A DNA stretch of 64,000 nucleotides from Eledone cirrhosa (lineage: Eukaryota), in the NCBI GenBank assembly GCA_964016885.1, contig OZ024748.1:35092001-35156000 (forward strand). The letters are read 5' to 3'. Positions 36,701-51,700 of this stretch are shown here, piece after piece (within the stretch, counting starts at the first letter, position 1; each line of letters begins with the position of its first letter). Made by a program: the position numbers and the translations under genes. The notes beneath the pieces are model-generated. The model ran no database searches. It worked only from the letters and a program-made list of their open reading frames with translations, and was not told the origin of the DNA.

Positions 36701-39700
36701 CTGTAATACATCTCTAGAGTTGGAAGCTGAGATAAGGGGTGTTACGTCAGTCCACTGTAATACATCTATAGTGTTACAAGCTGAGATAAGGGGTGTTACC
36801 TCAGTCCACTGTAATACATCTCTAGTTTTGGAAGCTGAGATAAGGGGTGTTACCTCAGTCCACTGCAATACATCTCTAGTTTTGGAAGCTGAGATAAGGG
36901 GTGTTACCTCAGTCCACTGTAATACATCTCTAGTGTTAGAAGCTGAGATAAGGGGTGTTACCTCAGTCCACTGTAATATATCTCTAGTGTTAGAATCTGA
37001 GATAAGGGGTGTTACGTCAGTCCACTGTAATACATCTCTAGTGTTAGAAGCTGAGATAAGGGGTGTTACCTCAGTCCACTGTAATACATCTCTAGTGTTA
37101 GAAGCTGAGATAAGGGGTGTTACCTCAGTCCACTGTAATACATCTCTAGTGTTAGAAGCTGAGATAAGGGGTGTTACCTCAGTTCACTGTAATACATCTC
37201 CAGTGTTAGAAGCTGAGATAAGGGGTGTTACCTCAGTCCACTGTAATACATCTGTAGAGTTAGAAGCTGAGATAAGGGGTGTTACCTCAGTCCACTGTAA
37301 TACATCTCTAGAGTTAGAAGCTGAGATAAGGAGTGTTACCTCAGTCCACTGTAATACATCTCTAGTTTTGGAAGCTGAGATAAGGGGTGTTACTTCAGTC
37401 CACTGTAATACATCTCTAGTGTTAGAAGCTGAGATAATGGGTGTTACCTCAGTCCACTGTAATACATCTATAGTGTTACAAGCTGAGATAAGGGGTGTTA
37501 CCTCAGTTCACTGTAATACATCTATAGTGTTAGAATCGTAGATAAGGGGTGTTACCTCAGTCCACTGTAATACATCTATAGTGTTAGAAGCTGAGATAAG
37601 GGGTGTTACCTCAGTTCACTGTAATACATCTCCAGTGTTAGAAGCTGAGATAAGGGGTTTATCTCAATCCACTGTAATACTTCTCTAGTGTTAGAAGCTG
37701 AGATAAGGAGTGTTACCTCAGTCCACTGTAATACATCTCTAGTGTTGGAAGATGAGATAAGAGGTGTTACCTCAGTCCACAGTAATACATCTTTAGCGTT
37801 AGAAACTGAGATAAGGGGTGTTACCTCAGTCCACTGTAATACATCTCTAGAGTTGGAAGCTGAGATAAGGGGTGTTACGTCAGTCCACTGTAATACATCT
37901 ATAGTGTTACAAGCTGAGATAAGGGGTGTTACCTCAGTCCACTGTAATACATCTCTAGTTTTGGAAGCTGAGATAAGGGGTGTTACCTCAGTCCACTGTA
38001 ATACATCTGTAGAGTTAGAAGCTGAGATAAGGGGTGTTACCTCAGTCCACTGTAATACATCTCTAGGGTTAGAAGATGAGATAAGGGGTGTTACCTCAGT
38101 CCACTGTAATACATCTCTAATTTTGGAAGCTGAGATAAGGGGTGTTACTTCAGTCCACTGTAATACATCTCTAGTGTTAGAAGCTGAGATAAGGGGTGTT
38201 ACCTCAGTCCACTGTAATACATCTATAGTGTTACAAGCTGAGATAAGGGGTGTTACCTCAGTTCACTGTAATACATCTCCAGTGTTAGAAGCTGAGATAA
38301 GGGGTTTATCTCAATCCACTGTAATACATCTCTAGTGTTAGAAGCTGAGATAAGGAGTGTTACCTCAGTCCACTGTAATACATCTCTAGTGTTGGAAGAT
38401 GAGATAAGAGGTGTTACCTCAGTCCACAGTAATACATCTTTAGCGTTAGAAACTGAGATAAGGGGTTTTACCTCAGTCCACTGTAATACATCTCTAGTGT
38501 TAGAAGCTGAGATAAGGAGTGTTATCTCAGTCCACTGTAATACATCTCTAGAGATGGAAGCTGAGATAAGGGGTGTTACGTCAGTTCACTGTAATACATC
38601 TCCAGTGTTAGAAGCTGAGATAAGGGGTGTTACCTCAGTCCACTGTAATACATCTCTAGTGTTAGAAGCTGAGATAAGGGGTGTTACCTCAGTCCACTGT
38701 AATACATCTCTAGTGTTAGAAGCTGAGATAAGGGGTGTTACCTCAGTACACTGTAATACATCTCTAGTGTTAGAAGCTGAGATAAGGAGTGTTATCTCAG
38801 TCCACTGTAATACATCTCTAGAGCTGGAAGCTGAGATAAGGGGTGTTACGTCAGTTCACTGTAATACATCTCCAGTGTTAGAAGCTGAGATAAGGGGTGT
38901 TACCTCAGTCCACTGTAATACATCTCTAGTGTTAGAAGCTGAGATAAGGGGTGTTACTTCAGTTCACTGTAAAACATCTCCAGTGTTGGAAGCTGAGATA
39001 AGAGGTGTTACCTCAATCCACTGTAATAGACCTGTAGAGTTGGAAGCTGAGATAAGGGGTGTTACCTCAGTCCACTGTAATACATCTCTAGTGTTAGAAG
39101 CTGAGATAAGGGGTGTTACCTCAGTCCACTGTAATACATCTCTAGTGTTAGAAGCTGAGATAAGGGGTGTTACCTCAGTCCACTGTAATATATCTCTAGT
39201 GTTAGAATCTGAGATAAGGGGTGTTACGTCAGTCCACTGTAATACATCTCTAGTGTTAGAAGCTGAGATAAGGGGTGTTACCTCAGTCCACTGTAATACA
39301 TCTCTAGTGTTAGAAGCTGAGATAAGGGGTGTTACCTCAGTTCACTGTAATACATCTCCAGTGTTAGAAGCTGAGATAAGGGGTGTTACCTCAGTCCACT
39401 GTAATACATCTGTAGAGTTAGAAGCTGAGATAAGGGGTGTTACCTCAGTCCACTGTAATACATCTCTAGAGTTAGAAGCTGAGATAAGGAGTGTTACCTC
39501 AGTCCACTGTAATACATCTCTAGTTTTGGAAGCTGAGATAAGGGGTGTTACTTCAATGCACTGTAATACATCTCTAGTGTTAGAAGCTGAGATAATGGGT
39601 GTTACCTCAGTCCACTGTAATACATCTATAGTGTTACAAGCTGAGATAAGGGGTGTTACCTCAGTTCACTGTAATACATCTATAGTGTTAGAATCGTAGA

Positions 39701-42700
39701 TAAGGGGTGTTACCTCAGTCCACTGTAATACATCTATAGTGTTAGAAGCTGAGATAAGGGGTGTTACCTCAGTTCACTGTAATACATCTCCAGTGTTAGA
39801 AGCTGAGATAAGGGGTTTATCTCAATCCACTGTAATACTTCTCTAGTGTTAGAAGCTGAGATAAGGAGTGTTACCTCAGTCCACTGTAATACATCTCTAG
39901 TGTTGGAAGATGAGATAAGAGGTGTTACCTCAATCCACAGTAATACATCTTTAGCGTTAGAAACTGAGATAAGGGGTGTTACCTCAGTCCACTGTAATAC
40001 ATCTCTAGAGTTGGAAGCTGAGATAAGGGGTGTTACGTCAGTCCACTGTAATACATCTATAGTGTTACAAGCTGAGATAAGGGGTGTTACCTCAGTCCAC
40101 TGTAATACATCTCTAGTTTTGGAAGCTGAGATAAGGGGTGTTACCTCAGTCCACTGTAATACATCTCTAGTTTTGGAAGCTGAGATAAGGGGTGTTACCT
40201 CAGTCCACTGTAATACATCTCTAGTTTTGTAAGCTGAGATAAGGGGTGTTACCTCAGTCCACTGTAATACATCTCTAGTTTTGGAAGCTGAGATAAGGGG
40301 TGTTACCTCAGTCCACTGTAATACATCTCTAGTGTTAGAAGCTGAGATAAGGGGTGTTACCTCAGTCCACTGTAATATATCTCTAGTGTTAGAATCTGAG
40401 ATAAGGGGTGTTAAGTCAGTCCACTGTAATACATCTCTAGTGTTAGAAGCTGAGATAAGGGGTGTTACCTCAGTCCACTGTAATACATCTCTAGTGTTAG
40501 AAGCTGAGATAAGGGGTGTTACCTCAGTCCACTGTAATACATCTCTAGTGTTAGAAGCTGAGATAAGGGGTGTTACCTCAGTTCACTGTAATACATCTCC
40601 AGTGTTAGAAGCTGAGATAAGGGGTGTTACCTCAGTCCACTGTAATACATCTGTAGAGTTAGAAGCTGAGATAAGGGGTGTTACCTCAGTCCACTGTAAT
40701 ACATCTCTAGAGTTAGAAGCTGAGATAAGGAGTGTTACCTCAGTCCACTGTAATACATCTCTAGTTTTGGAAGCTGAGATAAGGGGTGTTACTTCAGTCC
40801 ATTGTAATACATCTCTAGTGTTAGAAGCTGAGATAATGGGTGTCACCTCAGTCCACTGTAATACATCTATAGTGTTACAAGCTGAGATAAGGGGTGTTAC
40901 CTCAGTTCACTGTAATACATCTATAGTGTTAGAATCGTAGATAAGGGGTGTTACCTCAGTCCACTGTAATACATCTATAGTGTTAGAAGCTGAGATAAGG
41001 GGTGTTACCTCAGTTCACTGTAATACATCTCCAGTGTTAGAAGCTGAGATAAGGGGTTTATCTCAATCCACTGTAATACTTCTCTAGTGTTAGAAGCTGA
41101 GATAAGGAGTGTTACCTCAGTCCACTGTAATACATCTCTAGTGTTGGAAGATGAGATAAGAGGTGTTACCTCAGTCCACAGTAATACATCTTTAGCGTTA
41201 GAAACTGAGATAAGGGGTGTTACCTCAGTCCACTGTAATACATCTCTAGAGTTGGAAGCTGAGATAAGGGGTGTTACGTCAGTCCACTGTAATACATCTA
41301 TAGTGTTACAAGCTGAGATAAGGGGTGTTACCTCAGTTCACTGTAATACATCTCTAGTTTTGGAAGCTGAGATAAGGGGTGTTACCTCAGTCCACTGTAA
41401 TACATCTCTAGTTTTGGAAGCTGAGATAAGGGGTGTTACCTCAGTTCACTGTAATACATCTCTAGTTTTGTAAGCTGAGATAAGGGGTGTTACCTCAGTC
41501 CACTGTAATACATCTCTAGTTTTGGAAGCTGAGATAAGGGGTGTTACCTCAGTCCACTGTAATACATCTCTAGTGTTAGAAGCTGAGATAAGGGGTGTTA
41601 CCTCAGTCCACTGTAATACATCTATAATGTTACAAGCTGAGATAAGGGGTGTTACCTCAGTTCACTGTAATACATCTCTAGTTATGTAAGCTGAGATAAG
41701 GGGTGTTACCTCAGTCCACTGTAATACATCTCTAGTTTTGGAAGCTGAGATAAGGGGTGTTACCTCAGTCCACTGTAATACATCTCTAGTGTTAGAAGCT
41801 GAGATAAGGGGTGTTATCTCAGTCCACTGTAATACATCTCTAGAGTTAGAAGCTGAGATAAGGGGTGTTATCTCAATCCACTGTAATACATCTCTAGTGT
41901 TAGAAACTCAGATAAGGAGTTACCTCAGTCCACTGTAATACATCTCTAGTGTTGGAAGATGAGATAAGAGGTGTTACCTCAGTCCACTGTAATACATCTC
42001 TAGTGTTAGAATCTGAGATAAGAGGTGTTACCTCAGTCCACTGTAATACATCTCTAGTGTTAGAAGCTGAGATAAGGGGTTTTACCTCAGTCCACTGTAA
42101 TACATCTCTAGTGTTAGAAGCTGAGATAAGGAGTGTTATCTCAGTCCACTGTAATACATCTCTAGAGCTGGAAGCTGAGATAAGGGGTGTTACGTCAGTT
42201 CACTGTAATACATCTCCAGTGTTAGAAGCTGAGATAAGGGGTGTTACCTCAGTCCACTGTAATACATCTCTAGTGTTAGAAGCTGAGATAAGGGGTGTTA
42301 CCTCAGTCCACTGTAATACATCTATAGTGTTAGAATCGTAGATAAGGGGTGTTACCTCAGTCCACTGTAATACATCTATAGTGTTAGAAGCTGAGATAAG
42401 GGGTGTTACCTCAGTTCACTGTAATACATCTCCAGTGTTAGAAGCTGAGATAAGGGGTTTATCTCAATCCACTGTAATACTTCTCTAGTGTTAGAAGCTG
42501 AGATAAGGAGTGTTACCTCAGTCCACTGTAATACATCTCTAGTGTTGGAAGATGAGATAAGAGGTGTTACCTCAGTCCACAGTAATACATCTTTAGCGTT
42601 AGAAACTGAGATAAGGGGTGTTACCTCAGTCCACTGTAATACATCTCTAGAGTTGGAAGCTGAGATAAGGGGTGTTACGTCAGTCCACTGTAATACATCT

Positions 42701-45700
42701 ATAGTGTTACAAGCTGAGATAAGGGGTGTTACCTCAGTCCACTGTAATACATCTCTAGTTTTGGAAGCTGAGATAAGGGGTGTTACCTCAGTCCACTGTA
42801 ATACATCTGTAGAGTTAGAAGCTGAGATAAGGGGTGTTACCTCAGTCCACTGTAATACATCTCTAGGGTTAGAAGATGAGATAAGGGGTGTTACCTCAGT
42901 CCACTGTAATACATCTCTAGTTTTGGAAGCTGAGATAAGGGGTGTTACTTCAGTCCACTGTAATACATCTCTAGTGTTAGAAGCTGAGATAAGGGGTGTT
43001 ACCTCAGTCCACTGTAATACATCTATAGTGTTACAAGCTGAGATAAGGGGTGTTACCTCAGTTCACTGTAATACATCTCCAGTGTTAGAAGCTGAGATAA
43101 GGGGTTTATCTCAATCCACTGTAATACATCTCTAGTGTTAGAAGCTGAGATAAGGAGTGTTACCTCAGTCCACTGTAATACATCTCTAGTGTTGGAAGAT
43201 GAGATAAGAGGTGTTACCTCAGTCCACAGTAATACATCTTTAGCGTTAGAAACTGAGATAAGGGGTTTTACCTCAGTCCACTGTAATACATCTCTAGTGT
43301 TAGAAGCTGAGATAAGGAGTGTTATCTCAGTCCACTGTAATACATCTCTAGAGATGGAAGCTGAGATAAGGGGTGTTACGTCAGTTCACTGTAATACATC
43401 TCCAGTGTTAGAAGCTGAGATAAGGGGTGTTACCTCAGTCCACTGTAATACATCTCTAGTGTTAGAAGCTGAGATAAGGGGTGTTACCTCAGTCCACTGT
43501 AATACATCTCTAGTGTTAGAAGCTGAGATAAGGGGTGTTACCTCAGTACACTGTAATACATCTCTAGTGTTAGAAGCTGAGATAAGGAGTGTTATCTCAG
43601 TCCACTGTAATACATCTCTAGAGCTGGAAGCTGAGATAAGGGGTGTTACGTCAGTTCACTGTAATACATCTCCAGTGTTAGAAGCTGAGATAAGGGGTGT
43701 TACCTCAGTCCACTGTAATACATCTCTAGTGTTAGAAGCTGAGATAAGGGGTGTTACTTCAGTTCACTGTAAAACATCTCCAGTGTTGGAAGCTGAGATA
43801 AGAGGTGTTACCTCAATCCACTGTAATAGACCTGTAGAGTTGGAAGCTGAGATAAGGGGTGTTACCTCAGTCCACTGTAATACATCTCTAGTGTTAGAAG
43901 CTGAGATAAGGGGTGTTACCTCAGTCCACTGTAATACATCTCTAGTGTTAGAAGCTGAGATAAGGGGTGTTACCTCAGTCCACTGTAATATATCTCTAGT
44001 GTTAGAATCTGAGATAAGGGGTGTTACGTCAGTCCACTGTAATACATCTCTAGTGTTAGAAGCTGAGATAAGGGGTGTTACCTCAGTCCACTGTAATACA
44101 TCTCTAGTGTTAGAAGCTGAGATAAGGGGTGTTACCTCAGTTCACTGTAATACATCTCCAGTGTTAGAAGCTGAGATAAGGGGTGTTACCTCAGTCCACT
44201 GTAATACATCTGTAGAGTTAGAAGCTGAGATAAGGGGTGTTACCTCAGTCCACTGTAATACATCTCTAGAGTTAGAAGCTGAGATAAGGAGTGTTACCTC
44301 AGTCCACTGTAATACATCTCTAGTTTTGGAAGCTGAGATAAGGGGTGTTACTTCAATCCACTGTAATACATCTCTAGTGTTAGAAGCTGAGATAATGGGT
44401 GTTACCTCAGTCCACTGTAATACATCTATAGTGTTACAAGCTGAGATAAGGGGTGTTACCTCAGTTCACTGTAATACATCTATAGTGTTAGAATCGTAGA
44501 TAAGGGGTGTTACCTCAGTCCACTGTAATACATCTATAGTGTTAGAAGCTGAGATAAGGGGTGTTACCTCAGTTCACTGTAATACATCTCCAGTGTTAGA
44601 AGCTGAGATAAGGGGTTTATCTCAATCCACTGTAATACTTCTCTAGTGTTAGAAGCTGAGATAAGGAGTGTTACCTCAGTCCACTGTAATACATCTCTAG
44701 TGTTGGAAGATGAGATAAGAGGTGTTACCTCAGTCCACAGTAATACATCTTTAGCGTTAGAAACTGAGATAAGGGGTGTTACCTCAGTCCACTGTAATAC
44801 ATCTCTAGAGTTGGAAGCTGAGATAAGGGGTGTTACGTCAGTCCACTGTAATACATCTATAGTGTTACAAGCTGAGATAAGGGGTGTTACCTCAGTCCAC
44901 TGTAATACATCTCTAGTTTTGGAAGCTGAGATAAGGGGTGTTACCTCAGTCCACTGTAATACATCTCTAGTTTTGGAAGCTGAGATAAGGGGTGTTACCT
45001 CAGTCCACTGTAATACATCTCTAGTTTTGTAAGCTGAGATAAGGGGTGTTACCTCAGTCCACTGTAATACATCTCTAGTTTTGGAAGCTGAGATAAGGGG
45101 TGTTACCTCAGTCCACTGTAATACATCTCTAGTGTTAGAAGCTGAGATAAGGGGTGTTACCTCAGTCCACTGTAATATATCTCTAGTGTTAGAATCTGAG
45201 ATAAGGGGTGTTAAGTCAGTCCACTGTAATACATCTCTAGTGTTAGAAGCTGAGATAAGGGGTGTTACCTCAGTCCACTGTAATACATCTCTAGTGTTAG
45301 AAGCTGAGATAAGGGGTGTTACCTCAGTCCACTGTAATACATCTCTAGTGTTAGAAGCTGAGATAAGGGGTGTTACCTCAGTTCACTGTAATACATCTCC
45401 AGTGTTAGAAGCTGAGATAAGGGGTGTTACCTCAGTCCACTGTAATACATCTGTAGAGTTAGAAGCTGAGATAAGGGGTGTTACCTCAGTCCACTGTAAT
45501 ACATCTCTAGAGTTAGAAGCTGAGATAAGGAGTGTTACCTCAGTCCACTGTAATACATCTCTAGTTTTGGAAGCTGAGATAAGGGGTGTTACTTCAGTCC
45601 ATTGTAATACATCTCTAGTGTTAGAAGCTGAGATAATGGGTGTCACCTCAGTCCACTGTAATACATCTATAGTGTTACAAGCTGAGATAAGGGGTGTTAC

Positions 45701-48700
45701 CTCAGTTCACTGTAATACATCTATAGTGTTAGAATCGTAGATAAGGGGTGTTACCTCAGTCCACTGTAATACATCTATAGTGTTAGAAGCTGAGATAAGG
45801 GGTGTTACCTCAGTTCACTGTAATACATCTCCAGTGTTAGAAGCTGAGATAAGGGGTTTATCTCAATCCACTGTAATACTTCTCTAGTGTTAGAAGCTGA
45901 GATAAGGAGTGTTACCTCAGTCCACTGTAATACATCTCTAGTGTTGGAAGATGAGATAAGAGGTGTTACCTCAGTCCACAGTAATACATCTTTAGCGTTA
46001 GAAACTGAGATAAGGGGTGTTACCTCAGTCCACTGTAATACATCTCTAGAGTTGGAAGCTGAGATAAGGGGTGTTACGTCAGTCCACTGTAATACATCTA
46101 TAGTGTTACAAGCTGAGATAAGGGGTGTTACCTCAGTTCACTGTAATACATCTCTAGTTTTGGAAGCTGAGATAAGGGGTGTTACCTCAGTCCACTGTAA
46201 TACATCTCTAGTTTTGGAAGCTGAGATAAGGGGTGTTACCTCAGTTCACTGTAATACATCTCTAGTTTTGTAAGCTGAGATAAGGGGTGTTACCTCAGTC
46301 CACTGTAATACATCTCTAGTTTTGGAAGCTGAGATAAGGGGTGTTACCTCAGTCCACTGTAATACATCTCTAGTGTTAGAAGCTGAGATAAGGGGTGTTA
46401 CCTCAGTCCACTGTAATACATCTATAATGTTACAAGCTGAGATAAGGGGTGTTACCTCAGTTCACTGTAATACATCTCTAGTTTTGTAAGCTGAGATAAG
46501 GGGTGTTACCTCAGTCCACTGTAATACATCTCTAGTTTTGGAAGCTGAGATAAGGGGTGTTACCTCAGTCCACTGTAATACATCTCTAGTGTTAGAAGCT
46601 GAGATAAGGGGTGTTATCTCAGTCCACTGTAATACATCTCTAGAGTTAGAAGCTGAGATAAGGGGTGTTATCTCAATCCACTGTAATACATCTCTAGTGT
46701 TAGAAACTCAGATAAGGAGTTACCTCAGTCCACTGTAATACATCTCTAGTGTTGGAAGATGAGATAAGAGGTGTTACCTCAGTCCACTGTAATACATCTC
46801 TAGTGTTAGAATCTGAGATAAGAGGTGTTACCTCAGTCCACTGTAATACATCTCTAGTGTTAGAAGCTGAGATAAGGGGTTTTACCTCAGTCCACTGTAA
46901 TACATCTCTAGTGTTAGAAGCTGAGATAAGGAGTGTTATCTCAGTCCACTGTAATACATCTCTAGAGCTGGAAGCTGAGATAAGGGGTGTTACGTCAGTT
47001 CACTGTAATACATCTCCAGTGTTAGAAGCTGAGATAAGGGGTGTTACCTCAGTCCACTGTAATACATCTCTAGTGTTAGAAGCTGAGATAAGGGGTGTTA
47101 CCTCAGTCCACTGTAATACATCTATAGTGTTAGAATCGTAGATAAGGGGTGTTACCTCAGTCCACTGTAATACATCTATAGTGTTAGAAGCTGAGATAAG
47201 GGGTGTTACCTCAGTTCACTGTAATACATCTCCAGTGTTAGAAGCTGAGATAAGGGGTTTATCTCAATCCACTGTAATACTTCTCTAGTGTTAGAAGCTG
47301 AGATAAGGAGTGTTACCTCAGTCCACTGTAATACATCTCTAGTGTTGGAAGATGAGATAAGAGGTGTTACCTCAGTCCACAGTAATACATCTTTAGCGTT
47401 AGAAACTGAGATAAGGGGTGTTACCTCAGTCCACTGTAATACATCTCTAGAGTTGGAAGCTGAGATAAGGGGTGTTACGTCAGTCCACTGTAATACATCT
47501 ATAGTGTTACAAGCTGAGATAAGGGGTGTTACCTCAGTCCACTGTAATACATCTCTAGTTTTGGAAGCTGAGATAAGGGGTGTTACCTCAGTCCACTGTA
47601 ATACATCTGTAGAGTTAGAAGCTGAGATAAGGGGTGTTACCTCAGTCCACTGTAATACATCTCTAGGGTTAGAAGATGAGATAAGGGGTGTTACCTCAGT
47701 CCACTGTAATACATCTCTAGTTTTGGAAGCTGAGATAAGGGGTGTTACTTCAGTCCACTGTAATACATCTCTAGTGTTAGAAGCTGAGATAAGGGGTGTT
47801 ACCTCAGTCCACTGTAATACATCTATAGTGTTACAAGCTGAGATAAGGGGTGTTACCTCAGTTCACTGTAATACATCTATAGTGTTAGAATCGTAGATAA
47901 GGGGTGTTACCTCAGTCCACTGTAATACATCTATAGTGTTAGAAGCTGAGATAAGGGGTGTTACCTCAGTTCACTGTAATACATCTCCAGTGTTAGAAGC
48001 TGAGATAAGGGGTTTATCTCAATCCACTGTAATACATCTCTAGTGTTAGATGCTGAGATAAGGAGTGTTACCTCAGTCCACTGTAATACATCTCTAGTGT
48101 TGGAAGATGAGATAAGAGGTGTTACCTCAGTCCACAGTAATACATCTTTAGCGTTAGAAACTGAGATAAGGGGTTTTACCTCAGTCCACTGTAATACATC
48201 TCTAGTGTTAGAAGCTGAGATAAGGAGTGTTATCTCAGTCCACTGTAATACATCTCTAGAGATGGAAGCTGAGATAAGGGGTGTTACGTCAGTTCACTGT
48301 AATACATCTCCAGTGTTAGAAGCTGAGATAAGGGGTGTTACCTCAGTCCACTGTAATACATCTCTAGTGTTAGAAGCTGAGATAAGGGGTGTTACCTCAG
48401 TCCACTGTAATACATCTCTAGTGTTAGAAGCTGAGATAAGGGGTGTTACCTCAGTACACTGTAATACATCTCTAGTGTTAGAAGCTGAGATAAGGAGTGT
48501 TATCTCAGTCCACTGTAATACATCTCTAGAGCTGGAAGCTGAGATAAGGGGTGTTACGTCAGTTCACTGTAATACATCTCCAGTGTTAGAAGCTGAGATA
48601 AGGGGTGTTACCTCAGTCCACTGTAATACATCTCTAGTGTTAGAAGCTGAGATAAGGGGTGTTACTTCAGTTCACTGTAAAACATCTCCAGTGTTGGAAG

Positions 48701-51700
48701 CTGAGATAAGAGGTGTTACCTCAATCCACTGTAATAGACCTGTAGAGTTGGAAGCTGAGATAAGGGGTGTTACCTCAGTCCACTGTAATACATCTCTAGT
48801 GTTAGAAGCTGAGATAAGGGGTGTTACCTCAGTCCACTGTAATACATCTCTAGTGTTAGAAGCTGAGATAAGGGGTGTTACCTCAGTCCACTGTAATATA
48901 TCTCTAGTGTTAGAATCTGAGATAAGGGGTGTTACGTCAGTCCACTGTAATACATCTCTAGTGTTAGAAGCTGAGATAAGGGGTGTTACCTCAGTCCACT
49001 GTAATACATCTCTAGTGTTAGAAGCTGAGATAAGGGGTGTTACCTCAGTTCACTGTAATACATCTCCAGTGTTAGAAGCTGAGATAAGGGGTGTTACCTC
49101 AGTCCACTGTAATACATCTGTAGAGTTAGAAGCTGAGATAAGGGGTGTTACCTCAGTCCACTGTAATACATCTCTAGAGTTAGAAGCTGAGATAAGGAGT
49201 GTTACCTCAGTCCACTGTAATACATCTCTAGTTTTGGAAGCTGAGATAAGGGGTGTTACTTCAATCCACTGTAATACATCTCTAGTGTTAGAAGCTGAGA
49301 TAATGGGTGTTACCTCAGTCCACTGTAATACATCTATAGTGTTACAAGCTGAGATAAGGGGTGTTACCTCAGTTCACTGTAATACATCTATAGTGTTAGA
49401 ATCGTAGATAAGGGGTGTTACCTCAGTCCACTGTAATACATCTATAGTGTTAGAAGCTGAGATAAGGGGTGTTACCTCAGTTCACTGTAATACATCTCCA
49501 GTGTTAGAAGCTGAGATAAGGGGTTTATCTCAATCCACTGTAATACTTCTCTAGTGTTAGAAGCTGAGATAAGGAGTGTTACCTCAGTCCACTGTAATAC
49601 ATCTCTAGTGTTGGAAGATGAGATAAGAGGTGTTACCTCAGTCCACAGTAATACATCTTTAGCGTTAGAAACTGAGATAAGGGGTGTTACCTCAGTCCAC
49701 TGTAATACATCTCTAGAGTTGGAAGCTGAGATAAGGGGTGTTACGTCAGTCCACTGTAATACATCTATAGTGTTACAAGCTGAGATAAGGGGTGTTACCT
49801 CAGTCCACTGTAATACATCTCTAGTTTTGGAAGCTGAGATAAGGGGTGTTACCTCAGTCCACTGTAATACATCTCTAGTTTTGGAAGCTGAGATAAGGGG
49901 TGTTACCTCAGTTCACTGTAATACATCTCTAGTTTTGTAAGCTGAGATAAGGGGTGTTACCTCAGTCCACTGTAATACATCTCTAGTTTTGGAAGCTGAG
50001 ATAAGGGGTGTTACCTCAGTCCACTGTAATACATCTCTAGTGTTAGAAGCTGAGATAAGGGGTGTTACCTCAGTCCACTGTAATATATCTCTAGTGTTAG
50101 AATCTGAGATAAGGGGTGTTACGTCAGTCCACTGTAATACATCTCTAGTGTTAGAAGCTGAGATAAGGGGTGTTACCTCAGTCCACTGTAATACATCTCT
50201 AGTGTTAGAAGCTGAGATAAGGGGTGTTACCTCAGTCCACTGTAATACATCTCTAGTGTTAGAAGCTGAGATAAGGGGTGTTACCTCAGTTCACTGTAAT
50301 ACATCTCCAGTGTTAGAAGCTGAGATAAGGGGTGTTACCTCAGTCCACTGTAATACATCTGTAGAGTTAGAAGCTGAGATAAGGGGTGTTACCTCAGTCC
50401 ACTGTAATACATCTCTAGAGTTAGAAGCTGAGATAAGGAGTGTTACCTCAGTCCACTGTAATACATCTCTAGTTTTGGAAGCTGAGATAAGGGGTGTTAC
50501 TTCAGTCCACTGTAATACATCTCTAGTGTTAGAAGCTGAGATAATGGGTGTCACCTCAGTCCACTGTAATACATCTATAGTGTTACAAGCTGAGATAAGG
50601 GGTGTTACCTCAGTTCACTGTAATACATCTATAGTGTTAGAATCGTAGATAAGGGGTGTTACCTCAGTACACTGTAATACATCTATAGTGTTAGAAGCTG
50701 AGATAAGGGGTGTTACCTCAGTTCACTGTAATACATCTCCAGTGTTAGAAGCTGAGATAAGGGGTTTATCTCAATCCACTGTAATACTTCTCTAGTGTTA
50801 GAAGCTGAGATAAGGAGTGTTACCTCAGTCCACTGTAATACATCTCTAGTGTTGGAAGATGAGATAAGAGGTGTTACCTCAGTCCACAGTAATACATCTT
50901 TAGCGTTAGAAACTGAGATAAGGGGTGTTACCTCAGTCCACTGTAATACATCTCTAGAGTTGGAAGCTGAGATAAGGGGTGTTACGTCAGTCCACTGTAA
51001 TACATCTATAGTGTTACAAGCTGAGATAAGGGGTGTTACCTCAGTTCACTGTAATACATCTCTAGTTTTGGAAGCTGAGATAAGGGGTGTTACCTCAGTC
51101 CACTGTAATACATCTCTAGTTTTGGAAGCTGAGATAAGGGGTGTTACCTCAGTTCACTGTAATACATCTCTAGTTTTGTAAGCTGAGATAAGGGGTGTTA
51201 CCTCAGTCCACTGTAATACATCTCTAGTTTTGGAAGCTGAGATAAGGGGTGTTACCTCAGTCCACTGTAATACATCTCTAGTGTTAGAAGCTGAGATAAG
51301 GGGTGTTACCTCAGTCCACTGTAATACATCTATAGTGTTACAAGCTGAGATAAGGGGTGTTACCTCAGTTCACTGTAATACATCTCTAGTTTTGTAAGCT
51401 GAGATAAGGGGTGTTACCTCAGTCCACTGTAATACATCTCTAGTTTTGGAAGCTGAGATAAGGGGTGTTACCTCAGTCCACTGTAATACATCTCTAGTGT
51501 TAGAAGCTGAGATAAGGGGTGTTATCTCAGTCCACTGTAATACATCTCTAGAGTTAGAAGCTGAGATAAGGGGTGTTATCACAATCCACTGTAATACATC
51601 TCTAGTGTTAGAAACTCAGATAAGGAGTTACCTCAGTCCACTGTAATACATCTCTAGTGTTGGAAGATGAGATAAGAGGTGTTACCTCAGTCCACTGTAA

